Below are positions 8,511 to 17,060 of a DNA stretch of 25,311 nucleotides, one piece after another. The notes below the pieces were generated by a model, which ran no database searches, had not been told where the DNA came from, and saw only the letters and a program-made list of their open reading frames with translations. The stretch lies in IMG/VR virus record IMGVR_UViG_3300032329_000228, positions 1 to 25,311 of that record; one strand, written 5' to 3'. Position numbers and translations under genes: made by a program. The DNA is from a virus. Lineage: Duplodnaviria; Caudoviricetes. Numbering within the stretch: position 1 is the stretch's first letter; each line of letters opens with the position of its first letter.

Positions 8511-9482
8511 ATGTCTTTTCCAAATGTCAGTGACATCGTCGCAACGACGATCCAGTCACGCACCCGTCAGATTGCTGACAACGTAACTAAAAACAACGCC
8601 CTGTTGTCCCGCCTTAACCAGCGCGGCAACGTCAAGACCATCTCCGGTGGTAACGTAATTTTTGAAGAACTCTCATTCGCTGAAAACGCGAACGGCGGTT
8701 TCTACTCTGGTTACGACTTGCTGCCTGTGGCTGCTCAAGACGTGATCAGCGCTGCTGAATACCAAATCAAGCAGTACGCTGTGCCCGTCGTGATGTCTGG
8801 CCTCGAGATGTTGCAGAACAGCGGCAAAGAGCAATTCATCGACTTGCTCGAGTCTCGCTTGAACGTGGCCGAGTCCACCATGGTCAACCAGTTGGCCCAG
8901 TCCATCTACTCTGACGGTACTGGCTCTGGCGGTAAGGAAGTCACCGGCTTGAACGCCGCTGTGCCTTCTGATCCTACGACTGGCACTTACGGTGGCATCA
9001 ACCGCGCAACTTGGACCTTCTGGCGCTCCAAGCTGTACGACTTTAGCGCTCAAAGCGTGACCCCTAGCGCAACCACCATTCAGGCTGGTTTGAACTCTTT
9101 GTGGTCTTCGCTGGTTCGCGGTACTGATCGTCCCGACTTGATCGTGTTGGACAACAACTACTGGACTTACTACATGGGCAGCTTGCAGGCTCAGCAGCGT
9201 TTCACGTCTCCTGAGACTGGCAACCTTGGCTTCCCCACGTTGAAGTTCATGGATGCTGACGTTGTGCTCGACGGTGGTATCGGTGGCTATTGCCCTGCCA
9301 ACACCGGCTTCATGCTCAACAGCAAGTACATCAAGTGGCGCCCTCACAAGGACCGCAACATGGTCCCATTGAGCCCCAACCGCCGCTACGCCATTAACCA
9401 AGACGCTGAAGTTCAGATCTTGGCATGGGCCGGTAACCTGACCACTTCTGGTGCTCAGTTCCAAGGTCGTATCCAAAACTAA
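8511..9482 (+). CDS. Major capsid protein
   Basis: 323 aa; ATTIQSR..IADNVTKNNALL..L...G...SGG..I N-terminus typical of a podovirus HK97-fold capsid family; strong SD; high-expression codon bias (TCT/GGT/ACT). Confidence 0.92.
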   Translation: MSFPNVSDIVATTIQSRTRQIADNVTKNNALLSRLNQRGNVKTISGGNVIFEELSFAENANGGFYSGYDLLPVAAQDVISAAEYQIKQYAVPVVMSGLEMLQNSGKEQFIDLLESRLNVAESTMVNQLAQSIYSDGTGSGGKEVTGLNAAVPSDPTTGTYGGINRATWTFWRSKLYDFSAQSVTPSATTIQAGLNSLWSSLVRGTDRPDLIVLDNNYWTYYMGSLQAQQRFTSPETGNLGFPTLKFMDADVVLDGGIGGYCPANTGFMLNSKYIKWRPHKDRNMVPLSPNRRYAINQDAEVQILAWAGNLTTSGAQFQGRIQN

Positions 9483-9514
9483 TTAGTTTGGTGGACCGTC
9501 GTGGGTCAACCTTT

Positions 9515-9554
9515 CCCGAGGGACTGGGTTGACCCACAACCCCTCGGGTTTTTT
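9515..9554 (+). terminator. Intrinsic terminator after the capsid gene, with a competing upstream helix
   Basis: CCCGAGGG (9515-9522)/CCCTCGGG (9541-9548) followed by T6. Confidence 0.6.
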
Positions 9555-9568
9555 GAAGGAGAAATGAA

Positions 9569-9754
9569 ATGGCAGTAACTTATGGTGCAGCAGTGTCTGC
9601 AAACGCCCCCGCAGTCGTTGATACCAATGCCTCTCAAGGCACTGGTGCAGTAAGCGAAGGCATCGGTTTGATCGGCGCCGATGGCGTCAGCATCGGTGGT
9701 TCCCGTATTGGCGGCTCCCCTGGTACTGATCTCAAGTTCGAGACAAACGTGTAA
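9569..9754 (+). CDS. Small Gly/Ala-rich protein, possible capsid decoration protein
   Basis: SD GAAGGAG; follows the capsid gene and shares its codon bias; function inferred from position only. Confidence 0.6.
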   Translation: MAVTYGAAVSANAPAVVDTNASQGTGAVSEGIGLIGADGVSIGGSRIGGSPGTDLKFETNV

Positions 9755-9770
9755 TTGAAAGAAAAAAAAG

Positions 9771-10382
9771 ATGAACCCCACGACACCCACTATCTTTGAA
9801 GAGCCTGGCGACTTCGCCAAACCGGATGAAACCCGGTTTAGCGCAGACAACAAGCTCTACGTCGAATTCTTCCGCAAGCCCGTCCTGCAACCCGGCAAAA
9901 GCCGCGAAGCAGGACGCGCTGTTTACGAAGAGGCCGACTACGTCCGCATTCATGTGCCAGGCGACAAGTCCTCGGTGATTGAACGTCCTCTGAGTCAGCA
10001 GGACGTTTTCCGCTTCCAGGACCGATACAACAAGTGGAAGGCTGGCCAGGACGAGGCTGTGACGGGAACCCCCCTGAGCGCTTTGCCTGGCATGAACCCT
10101 TCCAAGGTCGAGGAATACAAGTTTTTCAAGATCATCACCGTTGAGCAGCTCGCGGACGCCAATGACAACCTAGGCGGCAAGTTCATGTCTTTCCAACAGG
10201 ACAAGCAACGCGCCCAGGCATTCATGCAGGTCGCGGCCAACAACGCTCCGATCGAGAAGATGAACGCTGAGCTGGCCAAACGTGATGCAGAGCTTGAAGA
10301 GCTGCGTGCGATGGTCACTGCTCTCCAGGCCAACGCCAAGGGCGCCAAGCGCGCTGTCGCGGCCACCGCTGAAGCAGAGTAA
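9771..10382 (+). CDS. Conserved phage hypothetical protein (head-tail region)
   Basis: LYVEF..S.EAGR.VY....YVRI.VPGDK...RF...Y..WK...GTPL pattern with a C-terminal coiled coil; fits the operon. Confidence 0.75.
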   Translation: MNPTTPTIFEEPGDFAKPDETRFSADNKLYVEFFRKPVLQPGKSREAGRAVYEEADYVRIHVPGDKSSVIERPLSQQDVFRFQDRYNKWKAGQDEAVTGTPLSALPGMNPSKVEEYKFFKIITVEQLADANDNLGGKFMSFQQDKQRAQAFMQVAANNAPIEKMNAELAKRDAELEELRAMVTALQANAKGAKRAVAATAEAE

Positions 10383-10394
10383 CAGGAGTAGGGG

Positions 10395-11144
10395 ATGGCC
10401 TATCAAATCGTAAACGAATCGACCCTCTCGGCCATCGTGCAAAACGTGGCCTCGATGGTGGCCTTCCCCGTCCCTAACGACCCCGCCGGTGATCCTGATC
10501 CGACGGTGCAGCAGTTTGTGCAGGCCGCCAACATGGCCGGCATTGAGCTCTTGACCATGTACGACTGGCAAGAGCTCATCAAGAATTACCAGATCCCAAT
10601 CACGTCCGACACCAACGGGCAAAAGGAGAAGGCATTCAATCTGCCTGAAGACTTTTTTGATTGGATCGACCAAACCAACTGGAACGCGACAACGCAGTTC
10701 CCCTCACTGGGTCCAGTGTCGCCACAAATGTGGCAGCAGCTGCTGATCCGCACCACGTTGCCCACCCTGTCGTTCTACTGGCAGGTGCGCGACAACAAGA
10801 TCTACGTTCTCGCGCCGCCCAATTCGCCGCAGATCATGAACGTGTTCTACATGTCGCAGGCATGGGTGCGTGACCAGGATGATCCAACGCTATACAAGAA
10901 CCGCATCACCAAGAACGGTGATGTGGCGCTGCTCGATGCCACGCTGATTACGCTGTACACCCGCGTGAAGTGGCTCGAGATGAAGGGTCTGGACAGTGCT
11001 GCGGCCATGCGCGACTTCCAGATCGCATTTGAGAACCGTAAGGGATCAGCCAAGGGCGCGCCTGTGCTCAGCATGGCGCGTGACTTCCGCTTCCCATACA
11101 TCCAGCCCCTGGTCAACACGCCAGACACCAACTATGGATTCTGA
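10395..11144 (+). CDS. Head-tail adaptor (tail tubular protein A-like)
   Basis: 249 aa before the nozzle gene; helical N-terminus, DWQEL and F.LP.DF motifs; SD AGGAG. Confidence 0.7.
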   Translation: MAYQIVNESTLSAIVQNVASMVAFPVPNDPAGDPDPTVQQFVQAANMAGIELLTMYDWQELIKNYQIPITSDTNGQKEKAFNLPEDFFDWIDQTNWNATTQFPSLGPVSPQMWQQLLIRTTLPTLSFYWQVRDNKIYVLAPPNSPQIMNVFYMSQAWVRDQDDPTLYKNRITKNGDVALLDATLITLYTRVKWLEMKGLDSAAAMRDFQIAFENRKGSAKGAPVLSMARDFRFPYIQPLVNTPDTNYGF

Positions 11145-11146
11145 CC

Positions 11147-12742
11147 ATGCCGCTGGTACCACTCGCTCCCTTCAAAGCCCCTAGAAGGGCTGCCGCCGCA
11201 CAAACCGCGCAGCTGCAAGTCATCCCCGCGCCAACCGGTGGCCTGAACTACCGCGACCCGATCGCGGCCATGTCTCCCCTGGATGCGCTGGCCCTGACCA
11301 ACTTCATCCCGCGTCAGCAGGGCGTGGAGCTGCGCAAAGGATGGTTTTCTTACGCTGAGCTTGCAGAGAGCTCGATCGAGTCTGTCTTTGGCTACAAGGC
11401 GCCCGCCAACGCGGACGACAAGCGATTCATCGCGGCCAACGGCAACATCTATGACGTGACCGATCCAGGCGCCCCCGTGCTTGCTGTAACAGGCACGGGT
11501 AGTGATGACGACGAGTGGTGGACCACTCAATTCTCTACCCCCGCAGACACGTTCTTGCTGGCCGTATCGCCCGGCGCTGGGTACTGGACCTACAGCACCG
11601 GCACTGGCTGGGTCGATCGCACGGCGACAACCAATGGCTTGCCCACCAACGTGCGCACTGTGGCCGTGTGGAAGCAGCGCGTCTGGTTTACCGCTGAGGG
11701 TGATGCCAACGTCTACTATCTGGACAACGTCGATGTGGTGACGGGTAGCTGCACTTCGTTTGCCATGGGTTCAACCCTGCGCAATGGCGGCTATTGCTCC
11801 GCGCTGATCAACTGGACCATGGATGCCGGCTTCTCGATTGACGACTACCTCATCGTTGTCGGCACTGAGGGCGACATTGGCGTGTGGCAAGGCACTGACC
11901 CCACCAGCCCCGAAACCTTCAGTCTCAAGGGCGTTTGGTACGTTGGCCCCGTGCCCAAGCACGGCACATTCTTCACCCCGTTTGGTGGTGACGTGATGAT
12001 CGTCAGCGAGCTGGGCCTGGTTCCCATGTCCAAGCTGATCAATGGCCAGTACAGCGAAGACCAACAGATCGGCCCCGCGTCCAAGATCCAGTCAGTCTTT
12101 GCGCCTCTGGTGCGCAGGCTGATCAATGAAAAGTACTTCGATGTCTTTGTCGTCCCCTCTTCTGACGTGATGGTGATCAAGCTGCCGGCAGACGGCGGAA
12201 CCTACCGTCAGTTCGCGATGAATGTGATCACGGGCGCCTGGTGTCAATTCACCGGCATCCCAATGCGCTGCGCCGGCATCATCGGCGGCCGCCTGCTATT
12301 TGGCACGTCTGATGGCTTTGTTTGCGAAGGCCTGATCGGTGACAAGGACGGCGCGGACATCAACGGCGACGGCGGCAACTACGTCGAGGGAGACGTGCAA
12401 ACGTCCTTCCAGGCATTCAACACGCCTGCGCAGCTCAAGAAGTTTGGCATGGTGCGCCCCACGTTTATCGCCCTGGCCGCGCCTGCGATCAAGTTGCAGA
12501 TCAACACGCAGTTCCAGCTTTCCAACGTCGGGGGCTCACCGTTCTTCAGCAAGGACAGCGGTGCTGTCTGGGATGAAGGCGTTTGGAACACATCGACGTG
12601 GGTAGGTACTAATACTTACCAAGCGTGGGCTGGCACAACCGGCCTCGGATACTACGGCTCGCTGCGCATGAAGGTGCGTGGCCTGCCAGCAACAACCTTC
12701 ACGTCCTGCAACGTGATGACAGAACTAGGTGGAGTGATGTAA
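11147..12742 (+). CDS. Tail nozzle / packaged-DNA stabilisation protein (P22 gp10 / T7 gp12 analogue)
   Basis: 531 aa, beta-rich; PAPTGGLN N-terminus, WKQRVWF and WDEGVWN motifs; follows the adaptor gene. Confidence 0.75.
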   Translation: MPLVPLAPFKAPRRAAAAQTAQLQVIPAPTGGLNYRDPIAAMSPLDALALTNFIPRQQGVELRKGWFSYAELAESSIESVFGYKAPANADDKRFIAANGNIYDVTDPGAPVLAVTGTGSDDDEWWTTQFSTPADTFLLAVSPGAGYWTYSTGTGWVDRTATTNGLPTNVRTVAVWKQRVWFTAEGDANVYYLDNVDVVTGSCTSFAMGSTLRNGGYCSALINWTMDAGFSIDDYLIVVGTEGDIGVWQGTDPTSPETFSLKGVWYVGPVPKHGTFFTPFGGDVMIVSELGLVPMSKLINGQYSEDQQIGPASKIQSVFAPLVRRLINEKYFDVFVVPSSDVMVIKLPADGGTYRQFAMNVITGAWCQFTGIPMRCAGIIGGRLLFGTSDGFVCEGLIGDKDGADINGDGGNYVEGDVQTSFQAFNTPAQLKKFGMVRPTFIALAAPAIKLQINTQFQLSNVGGSPFFSKDSGAVWDEGVWNTSTWVGTNTYQAWAGTTGLGYYGSLRMKVRGLPATTFTSCNVMTELGGVM

Positions 12743-13803
12743 TGGCAAGAAAGAATGACTACGGTTTACCCGACGAGGATCTGCAACTGATTGCAGGAGC
12801 TCCTGACATCTTTGCCGGCGGCAAGTTTCTGCAAGGTCAAGGCTCGCGTGTGTCGCCTAGCGAGCTGATCAATGCCATACGCGCTTACGGCACGAACAAC
12901 TCCGGCTTCACGCAGTACGCTAATGCGGCGGGCCCCAACTCTGCCAGCGCTCGCACCATCCGCCGTGCGTTAAACAATCCCGCACGCCTTAGCATACCGC
13001 GTGTGAGTCGTCCCGTTACCGAGCCAGTGGATTCAACGGTCACTCGAGTACCACGCGTTGTCACTCCAACGTTTGGGCCAGTGCTGGTTGACGATACAAC
13101 TGACCCAGTGGTGGTTGACGATACAACTCCAACCACTCCAACTGATCCAACTACTCCTACTCGCCCAACAGTAAAGATTGCATCGGTCGTTACTCCCGAC
13201 ACAATCATTGACACTGACACGCCCGGCGGCACAGGCACAGACGGGACAGGAACCGACACAGTAGACGGCGGCACGGGTACTGATGGCACTGGTACTGGTG
13301 GTTCTGGAACCGGTGGCACTGGTGGGACCGGCGGAACCGGAACCGCAGGTGGTACGGGCACGGCTGGAACAGGCACGACTGGCTCTGCAACGACCGGCAC
13401 TACCGGTACAGGCACGACTGGCAATGGAGACTCGTTGCGGGACGCCATTACAGCCGCTGTCAATGGCTCAGGCGCGTCGGTAGACAATTCTGCAGCCGGT
13501 TTAAACGCTAGCGCGGCATCGAACAATACCCTTGGGTCAGCATTAGATGCCAGCCTAATGGCCGACTCTACAAAGCCAAAGGTTCCAAACGTCACGCTCG
13601 AGGTGGTCGGCGGCCCCATTGCATTGGACGACAAGGGAAGCACGTCTCAAACATTTGACTACCCCGAATTCCTGTCGCCTGAAGAGCTAAAAGCGTATGA
13701 GGCTTGGATGGCCACTCAGGGCGGGATCGGCGGTGGTGGCGGCGGTGTAAACGGCGGCGGCAAATATTTCGACGACCAAAGCGCGGCGACACTGGAGTTC
13801 TAA
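12742..13803 (+). CDS. Low-complexity Thr/Gly/Pro-rich protein, 353 aa
   Basis: ATG at 12742 overlaps the upstream TAA, with SD GGAG at 12731; PT repeats, about 65 aa of GTG repeats; its stop abuts the next start. Confidence 0.7.
   Translation: MARKNDYGLPDEDLQLIAGAPDIFAGGKFLQGQGSRVSPSELINAIRAYGTNNSGFTQYANAAGPNSASARTIRRALNNPARLSIPRVSRPVTEPVDSTVTRVPRVVTPTFGPVLVDDTTDPVVVDDTTPTTPTDPTTPTRPTVKIASVVTPDTIIDTDTPGGTGTDGTGTDTVDGGTGTDGTGTGGSGTGGTGGTGGTGTAGGTGTAGTGTTGSATTGTTGTGTTGNGDSLRDAITAAVNGSGASVDNSAAGLNASAASNNTLGSALDASLMADSTKPKVPNVTLEVVGGPIALDDKGSTSQTFDYPEFLSPEELKAYEAWMATQGGIGGGGGGVNGGGKYFDDQSAATLEF
13078..13128 (+). repeat. 27-bp-period tandem duplication (PV[LV]VDDTT x2)
   Basis: CCAGTG(C/G)TGGTTGACGATACAACT at 13078-13101 and 13105-13128, 23/24 identical. 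Confidence 0.85.
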
Positions 13804-14226
13804 GTGGAGCTTGTAACAGACACTCCCGGCGATCGCCCAATCGTGTGGGAGTGGCTGCACCGGAACGTGAATTTGCCCTGGTCGTCAGACCTGAAGACGA
13901 TTGGGGCGATGCGAGATGATGGGACAATCGCTACAGCGGTTGCATACAACGCGTGGACAGAGAATGCATGTTGGATGCACGTCGCGTTTGACACGACGCA
14001 CTCGTTGACTAGGAAGTTTTGGCGTGCGGCATTTGAGTATCCCTTTCTGAGCTGCGGCAAGGAAGCGGTTTACGGCCTCACACCAAAGCATCTTGAGGAT
14101 GCGTTGAATTTGAATGACAAGCTAGGGTTTCGACGTATCGCGGAAACCGTGGATTGTGTGATGTTTGAAATGCGGCGCGATGAGTGCCGGTGGATTAAGG
14201 AGAAAGATCATGGGCGGAAAAGCTAG
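13804..14226 (+). CDS. GNAT-fold acetyltransferase (T7 gp13-like position)
   Basis: AF.YPF...G...V.GL......AL.LN.KLGF motif; lies between the nozzle and ejection genes; GTG start. Confidence 0.75.
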   Translation: MELVTDTPGDRPIVWEWLHRNVNLPWSSDLKTIGAMRDDGTIATAVAYNAWTENACWMHVAFDTTHSLTRKFWRAAFEYPFLSCGKEAVYGLTPKHLEDALNLNDKLGFRRIAETVDCVMFEMRRDECRWIKEKDHGRKS

Positions 14227-15502
14227 CGCACCGGCAGCGCCTGACTACGTTGGCGCAACACAATTGCAGGGTCAGCTCTCGAAAGAGAACCTGAACATGC
14301 AGAACTACGCCAACAGGCCAACGATCAACACACCGTTTGGATCGCAGACCTGGGGCACTCAGACTGTCACCGATCCTTCCAGCGGTCAGGATGTCACGCA
14401 ATGGACGCAGAACACTACGCTCGCGCCTGCGCTTCAGTCCGCGCTTGATGCTCAGACGGGCTTGCAGGCGGACCGTAGCAACCTGGCGTCCGGCTTCATG
14501 GATCGGGTGAAGGGTGAGTATGCGCAGCCGTTTGACTACTCGACGCTGCCTCAGCTCACGTCGGCCAATCCCGCTGGCAACTTGCAAACGCAGACGGGCG
14601 ACTACTCCAAGAACCTTGCATCGTCATTCAACTTTGGCGCGCCGCTGCCTCAGTTTGACTCGAGCTATCGCGACACGGTGGCGAACCAGCTCATGCAGAA
14701 GATGCAACCGGTGCATGACTACCAGCAACGCCAAATGGAGACGAAGCTGGCCAACATGGGCTTCCATCCTGGCACGGAGGGTTACGACCGTGAGCTCAAC
14801 AACCTTTCACAGCGCCAGTCTGCCGAGCGTTACAACGCACTGAACACCGCTGGAGACGAGGCACAGCGCCTGTACAACATGCAGATGGGCACGGCTCAAC
14901 AGGGCTACCAACAGAACCTTGGCGCCGCTCAGTTTCAGAACCAAGCGCTTGGCCAAGCCTCTGCGCTTGATCAGTCACGCATGCAGGCGCAGAACCAGGC
15001 AATGCAACAACAGTATGGCCTCAATCAGCAATACGCCAACGCGCAGAACCAATTGCGCCAGCAGGCGATTGCCGAGCAGATGCAACGCCGCGGCATGTCT
15101 CTCAACGAGATGAACGCGCTGTTGTCAGGTCAGCAAGTGTCGATGCCTCAAATGCCCTCGTTTAGCCAATCTGGCCAGGCTCAGACGCCCAACATCCTGG
15201 GCGCAACGCAGATGGGCTACGACGCGCAGCTGGGCGCGGCCAACGCGCAGAACGCGGCCTTTGGCAACTTGCTGGGCGCTGGCGCTCAGCTGGGATCTGC
15301 TGCGTTCATGTTCTCTGACCGTCGCTTGAAGACCAATATCAAGCGCGTCGGCACTCACGCGATTGGCGTGGGCATTTACGACTACACAATGATGGGAATG
15401 TCGCAACGCGGTGTGATTGCGCAAGAGGTGGAGGCTGTACGTCCTGACTTAGTCAAACGTCACGCCAATGGTTACTTGATGGTGAATTACGGAGGCCTGT
15501 GA
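14210..15502 (+). CDS. Internal virion / DNA ejection protein with a C-terminal peptidase S74-like domain
   Basis: SD AAGGAG then ATG at 14210 (MGGKASAPAAPDY); ANRPTINTPFGS, Q-rich helices; SDRRLK...IY.Y...GVIAQEVE...P..V....GYL.VNY. Confidence 0.8.
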   Translation: MGGKASAPAAPDYVGATQLQGQLSKENLNMQNYANRPTINTPFGSQTWGTQTVTDPSSGQDVTQWTQNTTLAPALQSALDAQTGLQADRSNLASGFMDRVKGEYAQPFDYSTLPQLTSANPAGNLQTQTGDYSKNLASSFNFGAPLPQFDSSYRDTVANQLMQKMQPVHDYQQRQMETKLANMGFHPGTEGYDRELNNLSQRQSAERYNALNTAGDEAQRLYNMQMGTAQQGYQQNLGAAQFQNQALGQASALDQSRMQAQNQAMQQQYGLNQQYANAQNQLRQQAIAEQMQRRGMSLNEMNALLSGQQVSMPQMPSFSQSGQAQTPNILGATQMGYDAQLGAANAQNAAFGNLLGAGAQLGSAAFMFSDRRLKTNIKRVGTHAIGVGIYDYTMMGMSQRGVIAQEVEAVRPDLVKRHANGYLMVNYGGL

Positions 15503-15861
15503 TGAATGACGATCTGATGTTTGAGTACCTGGTCCAGATGGGCCAAATGCGTCCTGAGGAAGCCCAGCTCAAGAAGAAGCAGGCCATGGTTGACGCGTTG
15601 CGCGGCAACGCCATGACTCCGATGCAAGGCCAGATGGTGGGCAACCACTATGTCGCGCCTGGCATCGGTCAGGCCATTGCGCAACTTGGCCAAGGCTACA
15701 TGGCTGCCCAGCAGCAAAAGGGTGTTGACCAACAAATGCAAGGCATGAACGCCAATCAGGCTATGGCTTTGCAGCAAATGCGTGATCGCCTGCGTCGCAA
15801 GCAAATGGGCTTGACCGGTGACGGCAGCATGGACACGGCCGACTACGGGGGCTCGTACTAA
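15502..15861 (+). CDS. Small Q/M-rich internal virion protein
   Basis: SD GGAGG at 15491, ATG at 15502; GQMVGNHYVAP motif; within the ejection cluster. Confidence 0.65.
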   Translation: MNDDLMFEYLVQMGQMRPEEAQLKKKQAMVDALRGNAMTPMQGQMVGNHYVAPGIGQAIAQLGQGYMAAQQQKGVDQQMQGMNANQAMALQQMRDRLRRKQMGLTGDGSMDTADYGGSY

Positions 15862-15863
15862 TC

Positions 15864-17060
15864 ATGGACTACAGCCTCTTCAACCAAGAAGAGGAGCAAC
15901 CGTCCTACGGCCTCCTCAAGAAAGCCAAAGCCAGAATGTCGGCTGGCGGTACGTTGTCCAACAACGTTACGCCTGGCCGCACGATGCTGCCCAATTCAAT
16001 TGAAGCACTGCGCAGTCGCGCATCAGATTTGTACAAGCAAGGCGGGGATCTCTACGACCAAGATCCCGACATGAGCCAGCTCCAAGCGTTTGCTAAGTCG
16101 CGTGGCGACCAGGGCGACAGCTCGATGCTGACCGCGTTGGCGGCTCAGTATGCCGGCGAATCATTCCAGCCCGTGCAAGAGCAGCTGCTCAAAAAGGCGG
16201 CCGCAGCTCGCGACCCCATCAAGATGGGCAGCGGCTTGATCACGGCTGAAGGTCAGTACATCAAGGACCCCGAAGCAGCTCAGAACAAGAAGGCTGAGTT
16301 TTTGCTTCAGCAAGCCCGCATGTATGAGGGCCTTGCGCAAGCGGCCGAAACAAAGCAAGAGCAAATGGCCTACCGCGCTCAGCAAGATCGTTTTATGAAC
16401 GAGATCCGCGCCATGAACGCGCAGACCGCTCGCATGGCTGCGGGCAACTCTGGGGCAAACAAAGCGCCTGCTGGTTACCAGTGGGCCACCGGTCCCAACG
16501 GTGAACCGGCTCTCACGCACATCCCAGGTGGCCCAGCTGACCCAGCGGTCACGTCTGTAAAAGGCAACCCATCCGAGGATGAGCGCAAGTCTGCGGGCTA
16601 CGCGTTCCGCATGGACAACGCGCTGCGCTTGATCACTCAGCTCACAGGCAAGGACCCATCGGCTGAGACACCCAAGCTGATGCCAAGCCTTGCCGGCAAA
16701 GTGCCAATTGTCGGTGACGCGGCATCAACGATGCTCACGCCTGCCTCTCGCCAACGCGTCGAGAATGCGCAGCTTGATGCCCTCGATGCTGCTCTGACGC
16801 TTGCCACGGGCGCGGCGTATACCAAAGAGCAACTCAAAGGATTGGCGAAATCGTATTTCCCACAATACGGCGAAACCGATCCAGAGGTGATTAGCGATAA
16901 GAAGCGCCGATTGGCCGAGATCATTCAAACCGCAAAGATTCGTGCTGGTCGCGCTATGCCTCAGAACGGAGCTGGCGCAACTCCTGGTGGTGCAGGATTC
17001 GATAACAACGATCCTCTCGACTATCGCTCGCGATTCGGAGGCCGAAATGGACAAAATTAA
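15864..17060 (+). CDS. Internal virion / DNA ejection protein
   Basis: APAGYQW...G..L..IPGGPADP motif, E.ERKSAG.A.RM and TGAA...E.......YFPQ.G; position in the cluster. Confidence 0.65.
   Translation: MDYSLFNQEEEQPSYGLLKKAKARMSAGGTLSNNVTPGRTMLPNSIEALRSRASDLYKQGGDLYDQDPDMSQLQAFAKSRGDQGDSSMLTALAAQYAGESFQPVQEQLLKKAAAARDPIKMGSGLITAEGQYIKDPEAAQNKKAEFLLQQARMYEGLAQAAETKQEQMAYRAQQDRFMNEIRAMNAQTARMAAGNSGANKAPAGYQWATGPNGEPALTHIPGGPADPAVTSVKGNPSEDERKSAGYAFRMDNALRLITQLTGKDPSAETPKLMPSLAGKVPIVGDAASTMLTPASRQRVENAQLDALDAALTLATGAAYTKEQLKGLAKSYFPQYGETDPEVISDKKRRLAEIIQTAKIRAGRAMPQNGAGATPGGAGFDNNDPLDYRSRFGGRNGQN

Noticed and set aside
8673-9476. 267-aa minus-strand ORF opposite the capsid gene (likewise 7616-8206, 12885-13643 and 18949-19653)
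   Set aside because: Shadow frames of well-supported + strand genes.
9471-9578. Programmed frameshift or readthrough extending the capsid into the next gene
   Set aside because: No canonical X XXY YYZ site at the capsid stop, and all three frames close without joining the 9569 ORF.
13222-13425. CRISPR-like or DNA-level tandem array
   Set aside because: The repeats are degenerate codons for Gly/Thr, with no constant repeat and unique spacers.
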